NCBI RefSeq assembly: GCF_028641065.1 | Contig: NC_073396.1 | Span: forward strand, 18,910,001-18,974,000 | Direction: 5' to 3' | DNA length: 64,000 nt | Source: Leucoraja erinacea | Lineage: Eukaryota | Shown here: positions 38,801 through 50,700 of the stretch, in pieces | Layout: each line of letters starts with the position of its first letter | Numbering within the stretch: position 1 is the first letter of the stretch | Translations under genes and position numbers: made by a program | Notes under the pieces: model-generated | Database searches by the model: none | Seen by the model: the letters and a program-made list of their open reading frames with translations, nothing else | What the model was told of the DNA's origin: nothing

Positions 38801-40940
38801 AAAACGGAATTATAGACCAGTTAGCCTGACATCGGTGGTAGGGAAGATGCTGGAGTCAATCATAAATGATGAAATAGCTGCACATTTGGATAGCAGTAAC
38901 AGAATCAGTCCGAGTCAGCATGGATTTACGAAGGGAAAATCATGCTTGACTAATCTTCTGGATTTTTTTGAGGATGTAACTAGGAAAATGGACAAGGGAG
39001 AGCCAGTGGATGTAGTGTACCTGGACTTTCAGAAAGCATTTGATAAGGTCCCACATAGGAGATTAGTGGGCAAAATTAGGGCACATGGTATTGGGGCTAG
39101 AGTGCTGACATGGATAGAAAATTGGTTGGCAGTCAGGAAATAAAGAGTAGGGATTAACGGATCCCTTTCAGAATGGCAGGCAGTGACTAATGGGGTACCA
39201 CAAGGCTCGGTGCTGGGACATCAGCTATTTACAATATATATTAATGATTTAGATGAAGGGATTACAAGTAACATTATTAAATTTTCAGATGACATAAAGC
39301 TGGGTGGCAGTGTGAACCGTGAGGATGCTATGAGAATGCAGGGTGACATGGACAGGTTGGGTGAGTGGGCAGATGCATGGCAGATGCAGTTTAATGTGGA
39401 TAAATGTGAGGTTAGCAAAAATAGGAAGGAAGATTATTATCTAAATGGTGTCAAGTTGGGAAAAGAGGAAATGCAACGGGATCTGGGGGTCCTTGTTCAT
39501 CTGTCAATGAAAGTAACCATGCAGGTACAGCAGGCAGTGAAGAGAGCGAATGGCATATTGACCTTCATAACAAGAGGTGTTGAGTATAGGAGCAAAGAAG
39601 TCCTTCTGCAGCTGTACAGGGCCCTAGTGAAATCACACCTGGAATATTGTGTGCAATTTTGGTCTCCAAATTTGAGGAAGGACATTCTTGCTATTGAGGG
39701 AGTGCTGCGTAGGTTCACAAGGTTAATTCCCGGGATGGCGGGACTGTCATATGCTGAGAGAATGGAGTGGCTGGGCTTGTATACTCTGGAATTTTAGAAG
39801 GATGAGAGGGTATCTTATTGAAACATATAAGATTATTAAGGGTTTGGACACACTAGAGGCAGGAAGCATGTCCCCAATGTTGGGGGAGTCCAGAACCAGG
39901 GGCCACAGTTTTAGAATAAGGGGTAAGCCATTTAGAACGGAGATGAGGAAACACTTTTTCACATAGAGAGTTGTGAGTCTGTGGAATTCTCTGCCTCAGA
40001 AGGCAGTGGAAGCCGGTATTCTGGAAACTTTCAAAAGAGAGCTAGATAGGGCTCTTGAAGATAACGGAGTCAAGGGATATGGGGAGAAGGCTGGAACGGG
40101 GTACTGATTGTAGATGATCAGCCATGATCACATTGAATGGCGGTGCTGGCTAGAAGGGCCGAATGGCCTACTCCTGCACCTATTGTCAGAGAGAAATGGG
40201 AGGGATTTTCATCCACAGAATCGTTTTCTCTTCAGTTTTGACCTCCAGATGCACACATCTCATGATTTGAAAGCTTGTTGTTGGAGATCCAAACAGCGTG
40301 CAGCGTGACCAGTGGTGAGAACCCACCCTGCTGGGATGCTTGTGGCATCCACCTGAACTTGTTTGGAGGGCACAGGGATGGGGGAAGGGATGTGAGACAG
40401 CAGTTAGTGGGATACGCTGCCTTTGTGGTGAGTGAGGGTGGGTGAAGGGATGTGGGACTGACGAGTTGGGAGGACATGCCGTGGTTGTGGTGAGGAGAGC
40501 TGGGGAAAGGATATGGGAGGGAATGTGGAACTGGACAGGTGGGAAAACATGCTGCCATTGTGGGGAGGGGAATGGGGGTAGAAATGTGGGATGACATGGG
40601 AGGGATGTGGGATGAGACGCTGCAGTTGTGTTGGTGGGAGGGGGAAGGGATGGGGAAAAGACGACATGGGAGGGATGTGGGAGCACATGCTGCCATTTTG
40701 GTGAGGGACCACAGTGAGGTGGGTGCAGGGCATTGCCTGCCATACCTTCCCTCCATTCAGTCTCCGCAGCAGCAGATGGAGCCATAAGGCCAGGGGCAGC
40801 ACAGCCAGGAAGCCGAAGAAGTAGAGCCAGGCATGGGCCTCCTCCTCGTCAGCGAAGCAGAGGCTGTGGAGAGGGAAGGCCAGGCAGTACTGAGGCTTGG
40901 CCTCATTCATGCCGAACAAGTCTTTGAGAAAGAGGTCCAT
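35893..40940 (-). CDS. Unidentified two-exon gene for a putative 139-aa single-pass membrane protein with a C-terminal coiled coil. Exons 40940-40746 and 36117-35893
   Basis: Exon 1 has ATGG, strong GC3 bias, the hydrophobic run AWLYFFGFLAVLPLALWLHLLL followed by RR, and a phase-0 donor AAG|GTATGG. Exon 2 follows a long pyrimidine tract plus CAG and is open in phase 0 for 74 aa. No homologue recognised and no clear polyA signal seen. Confidence 0.6.
36296..40187 (+). mobile_element. Near-full-length inactive CR1-clade (HER1-like) LINE: ORF1 (zinc finger/leucine zipper plus SGNH esterase) and ORF2 (AP endonuclease plus reverse transcriptase)
   Basis: ORF1 pieces CDAC, CGKC..LLKDRVGALEKQL and YKMDGLHLN. 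ORF2 pieces LDLVL..GSDHN, YLDFQKAFDKVPH, GVPQGSVLG, FSDD and LEYCVQFWSP. CR1 3' tail. Multiple stops, frameshifts and internal deletions. Weak possible TSD aatgtca/attgtca. Confidence 0.95.
40330..40735. repeat. Degenerate G-rich tandem repeat (GGGAGGGATGTGGGA / ACATGCTGCCATT units)
   Basis: Several imperfect units of ~60 bp beside the donor of the unidentified gene. Confidence 0.65.
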
Positions 40941-41029
40941 GGACGAGCTGCAGTCAGCTGTACGGTGGGGCAAGGAGGACAAGGTGGACTTCAGCCGGGA
41001 GAGCAGCCATGAGGTCCACAGCTGGAGCC

Positions 41030-41730
41030 TGAAGTCACCGACGCCTGTGCATGACGTCACAAAGCGTCACCATGTGCACTCCAATCACAGCGCGCTGCAT
41101 GTGTCATGTAATCGCATCGTTGCAACACGACGTCATGGCGTCGCACACGTGACTGCCCAGTTGCACCGTATATCGTCGCCGCGGCCCGTGATGCAAACGT
41201 CACTGAACCGTCGTTACGTCATCGGTTCATTCATGAGAGCTGCTGCTCGCCCACAATGCCCCGCGAAGGAAGCCGTCTTCCGGTCTCCATGGAAACCGGG
41301 CCTAAGGGTCGAGGGCACAGAAACAGCCTGCGGTTCGCTTAGAGCGACGGGAACACCGCGCGGGGTGACGGCCTCGGCGGACCCCGGTCACCGGCGCCAT
41401 GTCCTTCAGAGACCTGAGGAGTAAGAGCCTGGGCCCGGGGAGGAGGCTGTGGGGAATGAGCCGCCGCTCGGACACCGCGGGCCCGGCCGGAGAACCTCCC
41501 CCGGGTGACGCTTGGACTCTGTCGCTCCCGGTGCTGGGCAAGGGGCGGCGGCCGGGAGCGCGGGTCTGCTCTGTCCTGGCCTCGGTCCATGACCGCAGGG
41601 GCAACCGGGTGGTCAGGCCATGGAGCGGTGCCGGGCCGCCCTGTTTTTGTACCCAGTCGGCTGCGGGGCTCGACATCTCTGCTGCCGGGTCCCGTGGATT
41701 GTGTGAGTGGCGGGGAGGGAGGTGCGGAAC
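41030..41730. promoter_or_regulatory. CpG island; CLUAP1 promoter, probably bidirectional, with an RFX X-box (41283-41296), CRE (41052-41059) and CCAAT (41081)
   Basis: GTCTCCATGGAAAC fits the X-box consensus ~100 nt upstream of the CLUAP1 ATG. TGACGTCA plus several further ACGTCA motifs. High CpG density. Confidence 0.78.
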
Positions 41731-44700
41731 GTGCAAAGTCATGTTTTTGTCATTTGCTCCGACAACGGGACGATGCACCGGGCCTGGAAACAATGCAAAT
41801 GGATAATATATAATGAAAAATAATATTATTTTCCTAGGCTGAGGGTCGGCTGCACAGCTCACCCGGTCGATGGGATAACGCGAGTATTTTGACAGCATTT
41901 GTACCTGCCAGAGGAGGTAGTTGAGGCAGGAACTATAACAACATTTAAACGACATTTGGATATGTACTGATAGGAATGGTTTAGGGGGTCAAATGCAGGC
42001 AGGTGGGTCTACTCTAGATTATAGCTGCCTCAACTATCCCGCTGGCAGCTCATTCCACCTACCTGACACATTTAGTTTATGGTCACACGTACCGAGGTAC
42101 AGTGAAAAGCTCTTTGTTGCGTGCTAATCAGTCAGCAAAACGACTGTACACTATTACAATCATAGCCGTCCTCAGTGGACAAACACAGGATAAAGGGAAT
42201 AACATTTAGTGCAAGGTAAAGTTCGATTAAAGATGGTCCGAGGGTCTCCAATGAGGTAGATGGGAGATCAGGACCTCTCGTTAGTTAGTGAAAGGACGGC
42301 TCAGTTGCCTGATAACAGTGGGAAGAAACTGTCTCTGAATCTGGAGGTATGCGTTTTTGGACTTCTGCACCTCTTACCTGATGGGAGAGAGGAGAATAGG
42401 GAGTGAGACTTGATTATGCTGGTGACCTTGCCGAGGCAGCGTGAAGTTAGTGTTTGAGTTAAGAACTAGTTCTGCCAGGGGAGTCGGGGTATTGGTGTAT
42501 CTTCGTATGATATCTGCCTCGGGGCGAACTCCACTCTGTAGTCCGGATCCCCGGCTGTCCATTGACATTGTCTGTTGCATTAATACTGATTATCTGCTAT
42601 CATTTGTTCCCTGCAGACTTTACCGAAATGATGAGGGCTCTGGGATATCCTCGTCTCATCTCCATGGAAAACTTCCGGACTCCAAACTTTCCTCTGGTTG
42701 CTGAAATTCTCATTTGGCTTGTGAAAAGGTTTGTGACCTAACAGATGTATCAGGTTATAAATCATAGTTAGATTGACTTGCATAAAGCTGGAGTAGGCCT
42801 TGCAGTTTCCAAGAGCTAGCACTGTGGCCAATCCATCGCACAGACCAGTCTCCCCACCATCGACTCCATCTCCATCACTCAGCCAACGTCATCAATGACC
42901 ATTCACACCCCGGTCATTCCTCCACCTCCCGTTGGGCGAAAGATATAAAAACGCCAGATTTAGAAACAGCTCCTTCCCCGCAATTATCAGGCTACAGAAC
43001 GATCCTCTCATAAGCGAGGTTGTAGTCCCAATCTTCCCGCATACCTCATTGTGCACTTACACTTTCTTTTACACACACTTTCTCTGTAGCTGTAAGACTA
43101 TATTCTGCAACACTATATTCTGCCCTCTGGTTGCCTTTTTTTTCTTTGCACTACCTGTTGTACTCGTGTACAGTATGATTTGACTGGATAGCTCATAAAG
43201 ATTTTCATCGTATCTTTATACACGTGACGACAATAATAATAAGCAACTGGTTGGTAACAACATTTCTCTATGCGTGCCCTATTTATTGTGAAACTGAGCC
43301 CCTTCAACAAAAGAAAGAGTAGCTGGAGGAGCTCACCTGAAGAAGGGTCCCGATCCGAAATGGCGCCTGTCCTTTCCCTCCACAAATGCAGCCTGTCCTG
43401 CTGAATTCTTGCGGCACTGTGTTTTGCTCCAGACTGCAGCATCTGCAGTTGCTGGTGTTCCCAGTGAGATTGCTGCTGGGTGCAGCCAGAGGTGATGGAG
43501 GTAATGTGAATGGAGCGGTAACTGATGGTGCCTGTGTTTTGTCGCCAGGTACGAGCCTCAGACCGACATCCCCACGGATGTGGACACCGAGCAAGACCGG
43601 GTCTTCTTCACCAAAGCTGTTGCTCAGTTCATGGTAAGCATCGAGACACGGGAGATCAGACGTAAGATGTAGGAGAAGAATTAGGCAATTTGACCAATTG
43701 AGTCTGCTCAAGCCTTGGCAACATACCCAGCATCAAACCCAGGCCAGGGTGTGAGGCAAGCAGCACGGCGCAGTTGCTGGGTAAGGAGGAGACGGTTTGT
43801 GATGGTATTTGCCTTATTGCATTGCAGGCTACCAAAGCTCACATTAAACTCAACACCAAGAAGCTGTACCAAGCCGATGGGTATGCAGTGAAGGAGCTGT
43901 TGAAGGTCACCACTGTCCTGTACAACGCCATGAAGACAAAGCGAATGGACACAAACAATGATGTCGAGGAAGAGGGTTCCAAGTTCAAGTTTGACTTGGG
44001 GTCAAAGGTGAGCTGCGGGGAATGAATCCATGTGGCTGTGGGGTGTAAGAGTCACTCGTTCACTGTGGCCCACAGCGCGGGAGTGGCTATTGTTTAATGA
44101 CTAATGGTAAACAAGAGAAGTGGAGGGGGGTTAAAATCGCCTGAAATGTACTCTGCAAGAGGTTTCCTTGGAACCAGCAGTCTACAGTCACTGGTGTTTG
44201 GTGCTTTCAGCTCCCCTTCTCAGTTCGTCAATTTTCCGATCTTGCGCTGCGTTTAAACTGAAGGTTTATTTAACACATTGACTTTACTGCACAGTAACCG
44301 AATGGTTGCCCACTCACCTGGCCATGTAGATGTGAGGTTTTAATCTCACTTTAGGGGCAGCGTAATTCAGTCTGGGGCAAACCTGGAGGATTCTGTAAAA
44401 TGTTTATGTAAAACATGAGTGTATATGTTTCCAGCACCCCAGATGAGGGATTTCCCTACTGTTTTTGTCACCATGCTTTCACTGTAATAATGTTTCACAA
44501 ACGCTGACTTACAGCATTACTATTTTCTTACTGGTCACAGATTTCAGATCTGAAAACTGCAAGACAACTAGCCTCGGAGATAACCTCCAAAGGAGCAACC
44601 GTGTTTGATTTACTGGGAAAGGAAGTGGATCTAAGGGTGAGTTTTCAGAAGCTAATTGTCTGTTAATTATAAACAACAATAAATGTTGCACGATTTGCAA

Positions 44701-47700
44701 ATGACTCAACAAATTGGTGGTGATGTGAACGGAGAGGAAGGTTGTCTAATGATGTGGATGTGGATGAGATGACAAATTGGGCAGAAGGTTGGTAAATGGA
44801 AATTAATCCTGTGGGTGTCAAGTGATGCATTTGGCAAGAAGGAGATAATTGCATTGGAGAGAGTGCAGAGGAGATTCAGCAAGGTGTAGCCCGGATTGGA
44901 AGACTGGGAAGATTCACCGCCTTGCGTGAGAAGAATTTTCCACATCCTTTTTGATCTTCAGGTGTCTTGTGCGAAGAATACCATCCCTCATTCTTCAAAG
45001 CTTCAACAAATGCAAAGCCGGATTCTTTAGCTGCTTGTAACAGGCAAATCCTCATCCCAGCATTTAGCCCAGCAATCCCTCTCCTGGACTGCCCGCAACC
45101 CTGGGATATCGTGTTACTAAATACGTGGGCTGAAACTCTACAATTCTGCAGGTGAGGTTTCACCCACACCCTGTACAACTGCAACTAGACTTCCCTATTT
45201 CTAAACTCCAATCCTCTTGCAGTAATGTCCAGTTGTACCGGGCTTGCTGGATGGGTTAAATTTGTGTGACTCTTACAGGACTATGCTTGTCTGCAGTCAG
45301 CGATGTTTCTCCTTCCACAGATGCTGCCAATTTCTTCCAGTGTTTGGCTCTTTCGTCTCTGACACGTCACATTCCCTGTTTTGCAGGAGATGAGAACAGC
45401 AGCAATTGCACGACCCTTGGAGATCAATGAGACGGAGAAGGCACTCAGAGCAGGAATTAAGGAGGTTCTTGTGAGTACCCACATCTCTTCACATAGATTC
45501 AGCTTTATTATTGTCACGTGTACCGAGGTACAGTGAAAAGTTTTGTTTTGCAAGCTATCCAAAGATCAGCTATACTATACATAAATACAATCAAGTCTAA
45601 CTCAAGTCAATAGATAGGGCAAAGGGGAAGATATGGAATGCAGAGAATAGTTCTCATTATTGTAGCCCCTTAGTTACAGAGACAAAGTCCGATGTCCCCA
45701 ATGGGGTAGAGGTGAATCAGACAATACCCTAGCTTATGGAAGGACCGTTCAGAAACCTGATAACAGAGGAGAAGATGCTGTTCCTGAGTCTGGTGGTGCA
45801 CACTATCAAGCTACTGTACCTTCTGCCGGATGGGAGTGGGGAGAAGAAATGACCGTTGAGCAGGAGCAGGAGTGTTCAGAGAGTTAACTTCCATTTCACT
45901 TGCTCTTTGTTTTTCCTCGTGTCCGGAGTCCAGGCGTGGTGGGTGTATCTGGGCAAAGCCCAGGCGGCAGGGAGCTCCTGTCAGCATTTATTCTGTTCTC
46001 TCTGTTCTCTCTGTTCTCTCTCACTGTTCATCCTCCGTCTGGGAGGAGCTGAGTCAGCAAGCAGTGCCTGGGGCAATGCCTTGTCTCCCTGCTTCCTGCC
46101 CCACCTCCCAATCAAATTAGGTTTAGGTTTATTATTGTCACGTGTACCAAGGTGCAGTGAGAAGCTTTGTTTTACATGCTATCCAGTCAAGTCTGATATG
46201 CCATCCATAGTTACAATCATGTCAAGCATGGGTACACAAAAAAGCTTGAGAAACTCAGCGGGTGCAGCAGCATCTATGGAGCGAAGGAAATAGGCAACGT
46301 TTCGGGCCGAAACTCTTCTTCAGATGGGTATTACTGGGTGGAGAAGGAGAGAGGCACAGTGTGGTGTTGCTGCTTGTGTTTCAGGAACAAGTGCAGAAGA
46401 CCAAGGACATGTTGAACAACGTGGCTTCTGATGAAGCCAACCTGGAGGCCAAGATTGAGAAGAAGAAGCTGGAGCTGGAACGCAGCAAGAAACGGCTGCA
46501 GACCCTGCAGAGTGTCAGGTCAGCTGGCAACCCAGTCTGCGCTGCTGTTGCACTGTTGCCACGCTGCCCCTGTGCTCGTGAGCAACATGTGACGGCAATA
46601 GCAGGCAGGAGCATGGTCTGTGGGGCGGCTGCATGAATCAGCCCCTGGGCAGCAGAGGGTGAGAGAGTCCCTGCATCACATCAAAGCCCAGCTGAGAGTT
46701 TTCCAGACTGTCAGGGAGCAAAGAGAGCCCAGAGGGTGGGCGGCTAACCGAGCTGTGGGAGACGCAAACTGAAATCATAAATAATTTACTCGCCCCAAAA
46801 CCAGCCCACCCAGCCGTTCCGGCTGCTGTTTCTCAGTAGATTGAGACTGGGACATTTGGATTAGAAGTGATTTGTTCAATTTTGATGGTCCCTAACGTAC
46901 AATTTCAATGTGATATCCAGGCATTCACTGACCACTCCAGTGTTGGTAAAACACCCCTTAAATCCCACCTTGTGCAAGTTACTACAGGAATCACACAGGC
47001 TGAGATTTCAGTCATAAATATTCTGATTCAATAATTTGGCTGGTTTAAGAATTAATTAATCAGGCTTTGTTTGCATGGAATGTTACTGTTTGGATTCTCC
47101 AGTGACCGTAAATCTTTGCTTCACTTGACAAAGTTGTTCATTTTGACCATTTTCTGTCGTTCACTGGACAAGTCCAAACAAGTAAAATGTAATAAAAATG
47201 GATCTGAAAAGCATCATAGAGTTGTACAGTATATAAATTGGCCCTTTGGCCCACCATGTCTATGCTGACCATCATGCTTGTCTATACGAAGTGGGGATCA
47301 GAACTGCACACAACACCGAGGGCAGCTAAAACAGCGTTTTGTATAACGGTAACGTGTCGTCCAACTTGTAACATTCAGTGACTCGGCGGACAAAGGCGAA
47401 CGTTGCACACCCTCCTCACCACCTAGTCAACCCATATTGCCACTTTCAAGGAGCTATGCACTTCTACTCATAGATGCCTTTGTTTAACACCACTACCAGG
47501 GCCGTGCTATTTTCTGTGTGTGGCCTGCTCTGGTTTAACTTCCCAAAATGCATCTTTTCCCACTTGTGCGAGTTAAATTCCATCTGCTGTTCCTTTGCCC
47601 ACGTTCCCAGTTAATCTAGGTCCTGTTGTATGCTTAGACAACATTCCTCACTGTCCATTGCATCATTAATTTTGGTGTCATCTGCAAACTTACAAATCGT

Positions 47701-50700
47701 GCTGTCTGCACTCATCTCTCATTAACCAGGTGAGGTGGGAAAGCTGAGTGCCAGTTAGCGAAGGGGAAGTGGGGTGGTTGGAGGTGGCAGATGTCTACAT
47801 TTGAACAGGAAGCACTCTGTTGTATTTCAGGCCGGCTTTCATGGACGAGTATGAGAAGATCGAGGAGGATCTACAGAAACAGTACGAGAGCTATGTGGAG
47901 AAATTCCGGAACCTGTGCTACCTGGAGCAGCAGCTCGAGGACCTGCACAGGATGGAGCAGGAGAGGTTTGAGGTAGGTGTTGACCTTACTCCCGCCCGGC
48001 AGAAGTTACAGAAAACACACACGTCCTTATAGGAACAGCTTCTTCCCCTCTCGTATCAGGGTTCGAAATGGTCCTTCCATAAGCTAGGGTACTGCCCCAT
48101 TCACCTCTGCGAACATTGGACTTTGTCTCTGAAACTGATGCGCTACAATGCAAAAAACTATATTCTGCACTTTATAGTTTCCCCTTTGCTCTATCAGTTG
48201 TACTTCAGTTTGACTTGTGTTTATGATGGGTACAGTGCCTTCCATAATGTTTGGGACATAGACCCATAATTTATTTATATGCCTCTGTACTCCACAATTT
48301 GAGATTTGTATTTTTTTTAAATCACGTGGTTAAAGTGCACATTGTCAGATTTTATTAAAGGGTATTTTATACATTTTGGTTTCACCATGTCGAAATTACA
48401 GCTGTGTTCATACATAGTTCCCCCATTTCAGGGCACCATAATGTTTGGGACACATGGCTTCACAGGTGTTTGTAATTGCTCAGGTGTGTTTAAATGCCCC
48501 CTTAATGCAGGTATAAGAGAGCTCTCAGCACATTGTCTTTCCTCCAGTCTTTCCCTCACCTTTGGAAACTTTTATTGCTGTTTATCAACACGAGGACCAA
48601 AGTTGTGTCAATTAAAGTCAAAGAAGCCATTATGAGACTGAGAAACAAGAAAACTGTCAGAGACATCAGCCAAACCTTAGGCTTAACAAAATCAACATTT
48701 AGAACATCATTAAGAAGAAAGATCACTGGTGAGCTTACTAATTGCAAAGGGACTGGCTGGCCAAGGAAGACCCCCACTGCTGATGACAGAAGAATTCTCT
48801 CTTTTATAAAGAAAAATCCCCAAACATCTGTCCGACAGATCAGGAACACTCTTCAGGAGTCGGGTGTTGATTTGTCAATGACCATTGTCTGCAGAAGACT
48901 TCATGAACAGAAATATAGAGGCTACACTGCAAGATGTAAACCACTGATTAGCCGCAAAAAGAGGATGGCCAGTTTACAGTTCACCAAGACTTAAAAGAGC
49001 AACCACAGTTCTGGAAAAAGGTCTTGTGTACAGATGAGACGAAGATTAACTTATGTCAGAGTGAGGGCAAGAGCAAACTATGGAGGAGCAAAGGAACTGC
49101 CCAAGATCCAAAGCATACCACATCATCTGTGAAACACGGTGGTCGTGGAGGTGTTATGGCCTGGGCATGTATGGCTGCTGAAGGTACTGGCTCACTTATC
49201 GTAATTGATGACACAACTGCTGATGGTAGTACCATAATGAATTCTGAAGTGCATAGATACATCCTATCTGCTCAAGTTCAAACAAATGCCTCAAAACTCA
49301 TTGGCTGGAGGAAAGACTAGGTGCAGAGAGCTCTCTTATACCTGCATTAAGGAGGCAATTAAATACACCCGAGTAATTACAAACACCTATGAAACCATGT
49401 GTCCCAAACATTATGGTGCCCTGAAATGGGGGGACGATGTATAAACACAGCTGCAATTTCTACATGGTGAAACCAAAATGTATAAAAATGGCCTTTATTA
49501 AAATCCAACAATCTGCACTTTAACCACATGTGACTTTCTATTACAAATCTCAAATTTGTGGAGTACAGAGGCAAATAAATAAATGATGGGTCTTTGTCCC
49601 AAACATTATGGAGGGAACTGTATATCTGATCTGTTTGGAATGCATGCAGAACAAAGCTTTCCACTGCACCTTGGTACATGTGACAATAATACACCTAGAT
49701 CTAGGAACATGGATGCAAGAGCCAGGCTGCTGTAAACCCTATGATTATTTCCCCACAAAGGGTTAATTCCTGTCCCGTTCCATCTGAGATCACGAGCTGA
49801 AGGAAAGTTCAGCTGTGCGGGGGATACGCAGTCCAGCCTTGCCGCTTTTCCGCTCTGCCTGTCACTGACCATTGAGCTGCCTCTTGTACCTGTGGTTAAT
49901 ATTCGGCAGAGTAATACAGAAACTCTTGTTTGCAAAATGCTTTAACCGTGCCTCGTTCTCATGCAACTTGTAAACTGGCATCCGTCTGATCCTCAGGAAA
50001 CTGAAAACACGTTGCGGCTGATGCAGAATAAACTGAAGGAGGAGGAGAAGCGGCTGATGAAAAGCTCTGGTAAAGAGAGAAGCTACTTTTCTGTTGTTCA
50101 TAGATTGCTGTATAATCCACAATGCAGGCACGTGAGCAACTCACTGATCAGTCTGGCCCAGGTATCTGTGGCCACAGCAACTCTGCCCTTGCTGTGGAAT
50201 GTTATAGCTTGACCTTGTGAACACGAGCTGTGGGTGAGCCAAGCAGCTGCTGATTTGCTTCACTTGTCAGCCAGACGGATGCCGCCCTTGGGGTGTTCTT
50301 GCCCCCAGGCACCAGGCGAATGTATCTCATGGTGTTGGCACCACAGAGCCATACCTGATTGCACTGAGCACCAGTCTATTCTGGAAACACACTGACTGAG
50401 ATAGTGGATTCAGAAGATCACATTGTGATTCATAGGATCTGGTGTTCCCTAGATCCAGCCTGTACTATAAAAGCAGCTTCCAGGTCCTGCTCTGCCTCCC
50501 CTTGGAACCTTCTGTCGGTGTCCCATCATCTGCCTCCATCTACCCCTTCTTATATCTTCACCTCTTGAGTCCAGGGCTACCTTGTCCAGATCTCCATGTT
50601 TGAATCTTGGTTCCCCTGTCAGCTCACCAAGGTGACTTGCATCTACTGAACTCTGGTAAACGTACTCTCGAATCACCACAAAGTGTCTTTACTTCATTCA

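Noticed and set aside
35893-40940. Naming the unidentified gene C16orf90 because of its position next to CLUAP1
   Set aside because: The peptide does not resemble C16orf90 as I recall it, which lacks such a hydrophobic helix. A profile search is needed.
40897-41424. 175-aa plus-strand ORF
   Set aside because: Starts at TTG and spans the promoter and the antisense of the unidentified exon; most likely a shadow ORF.
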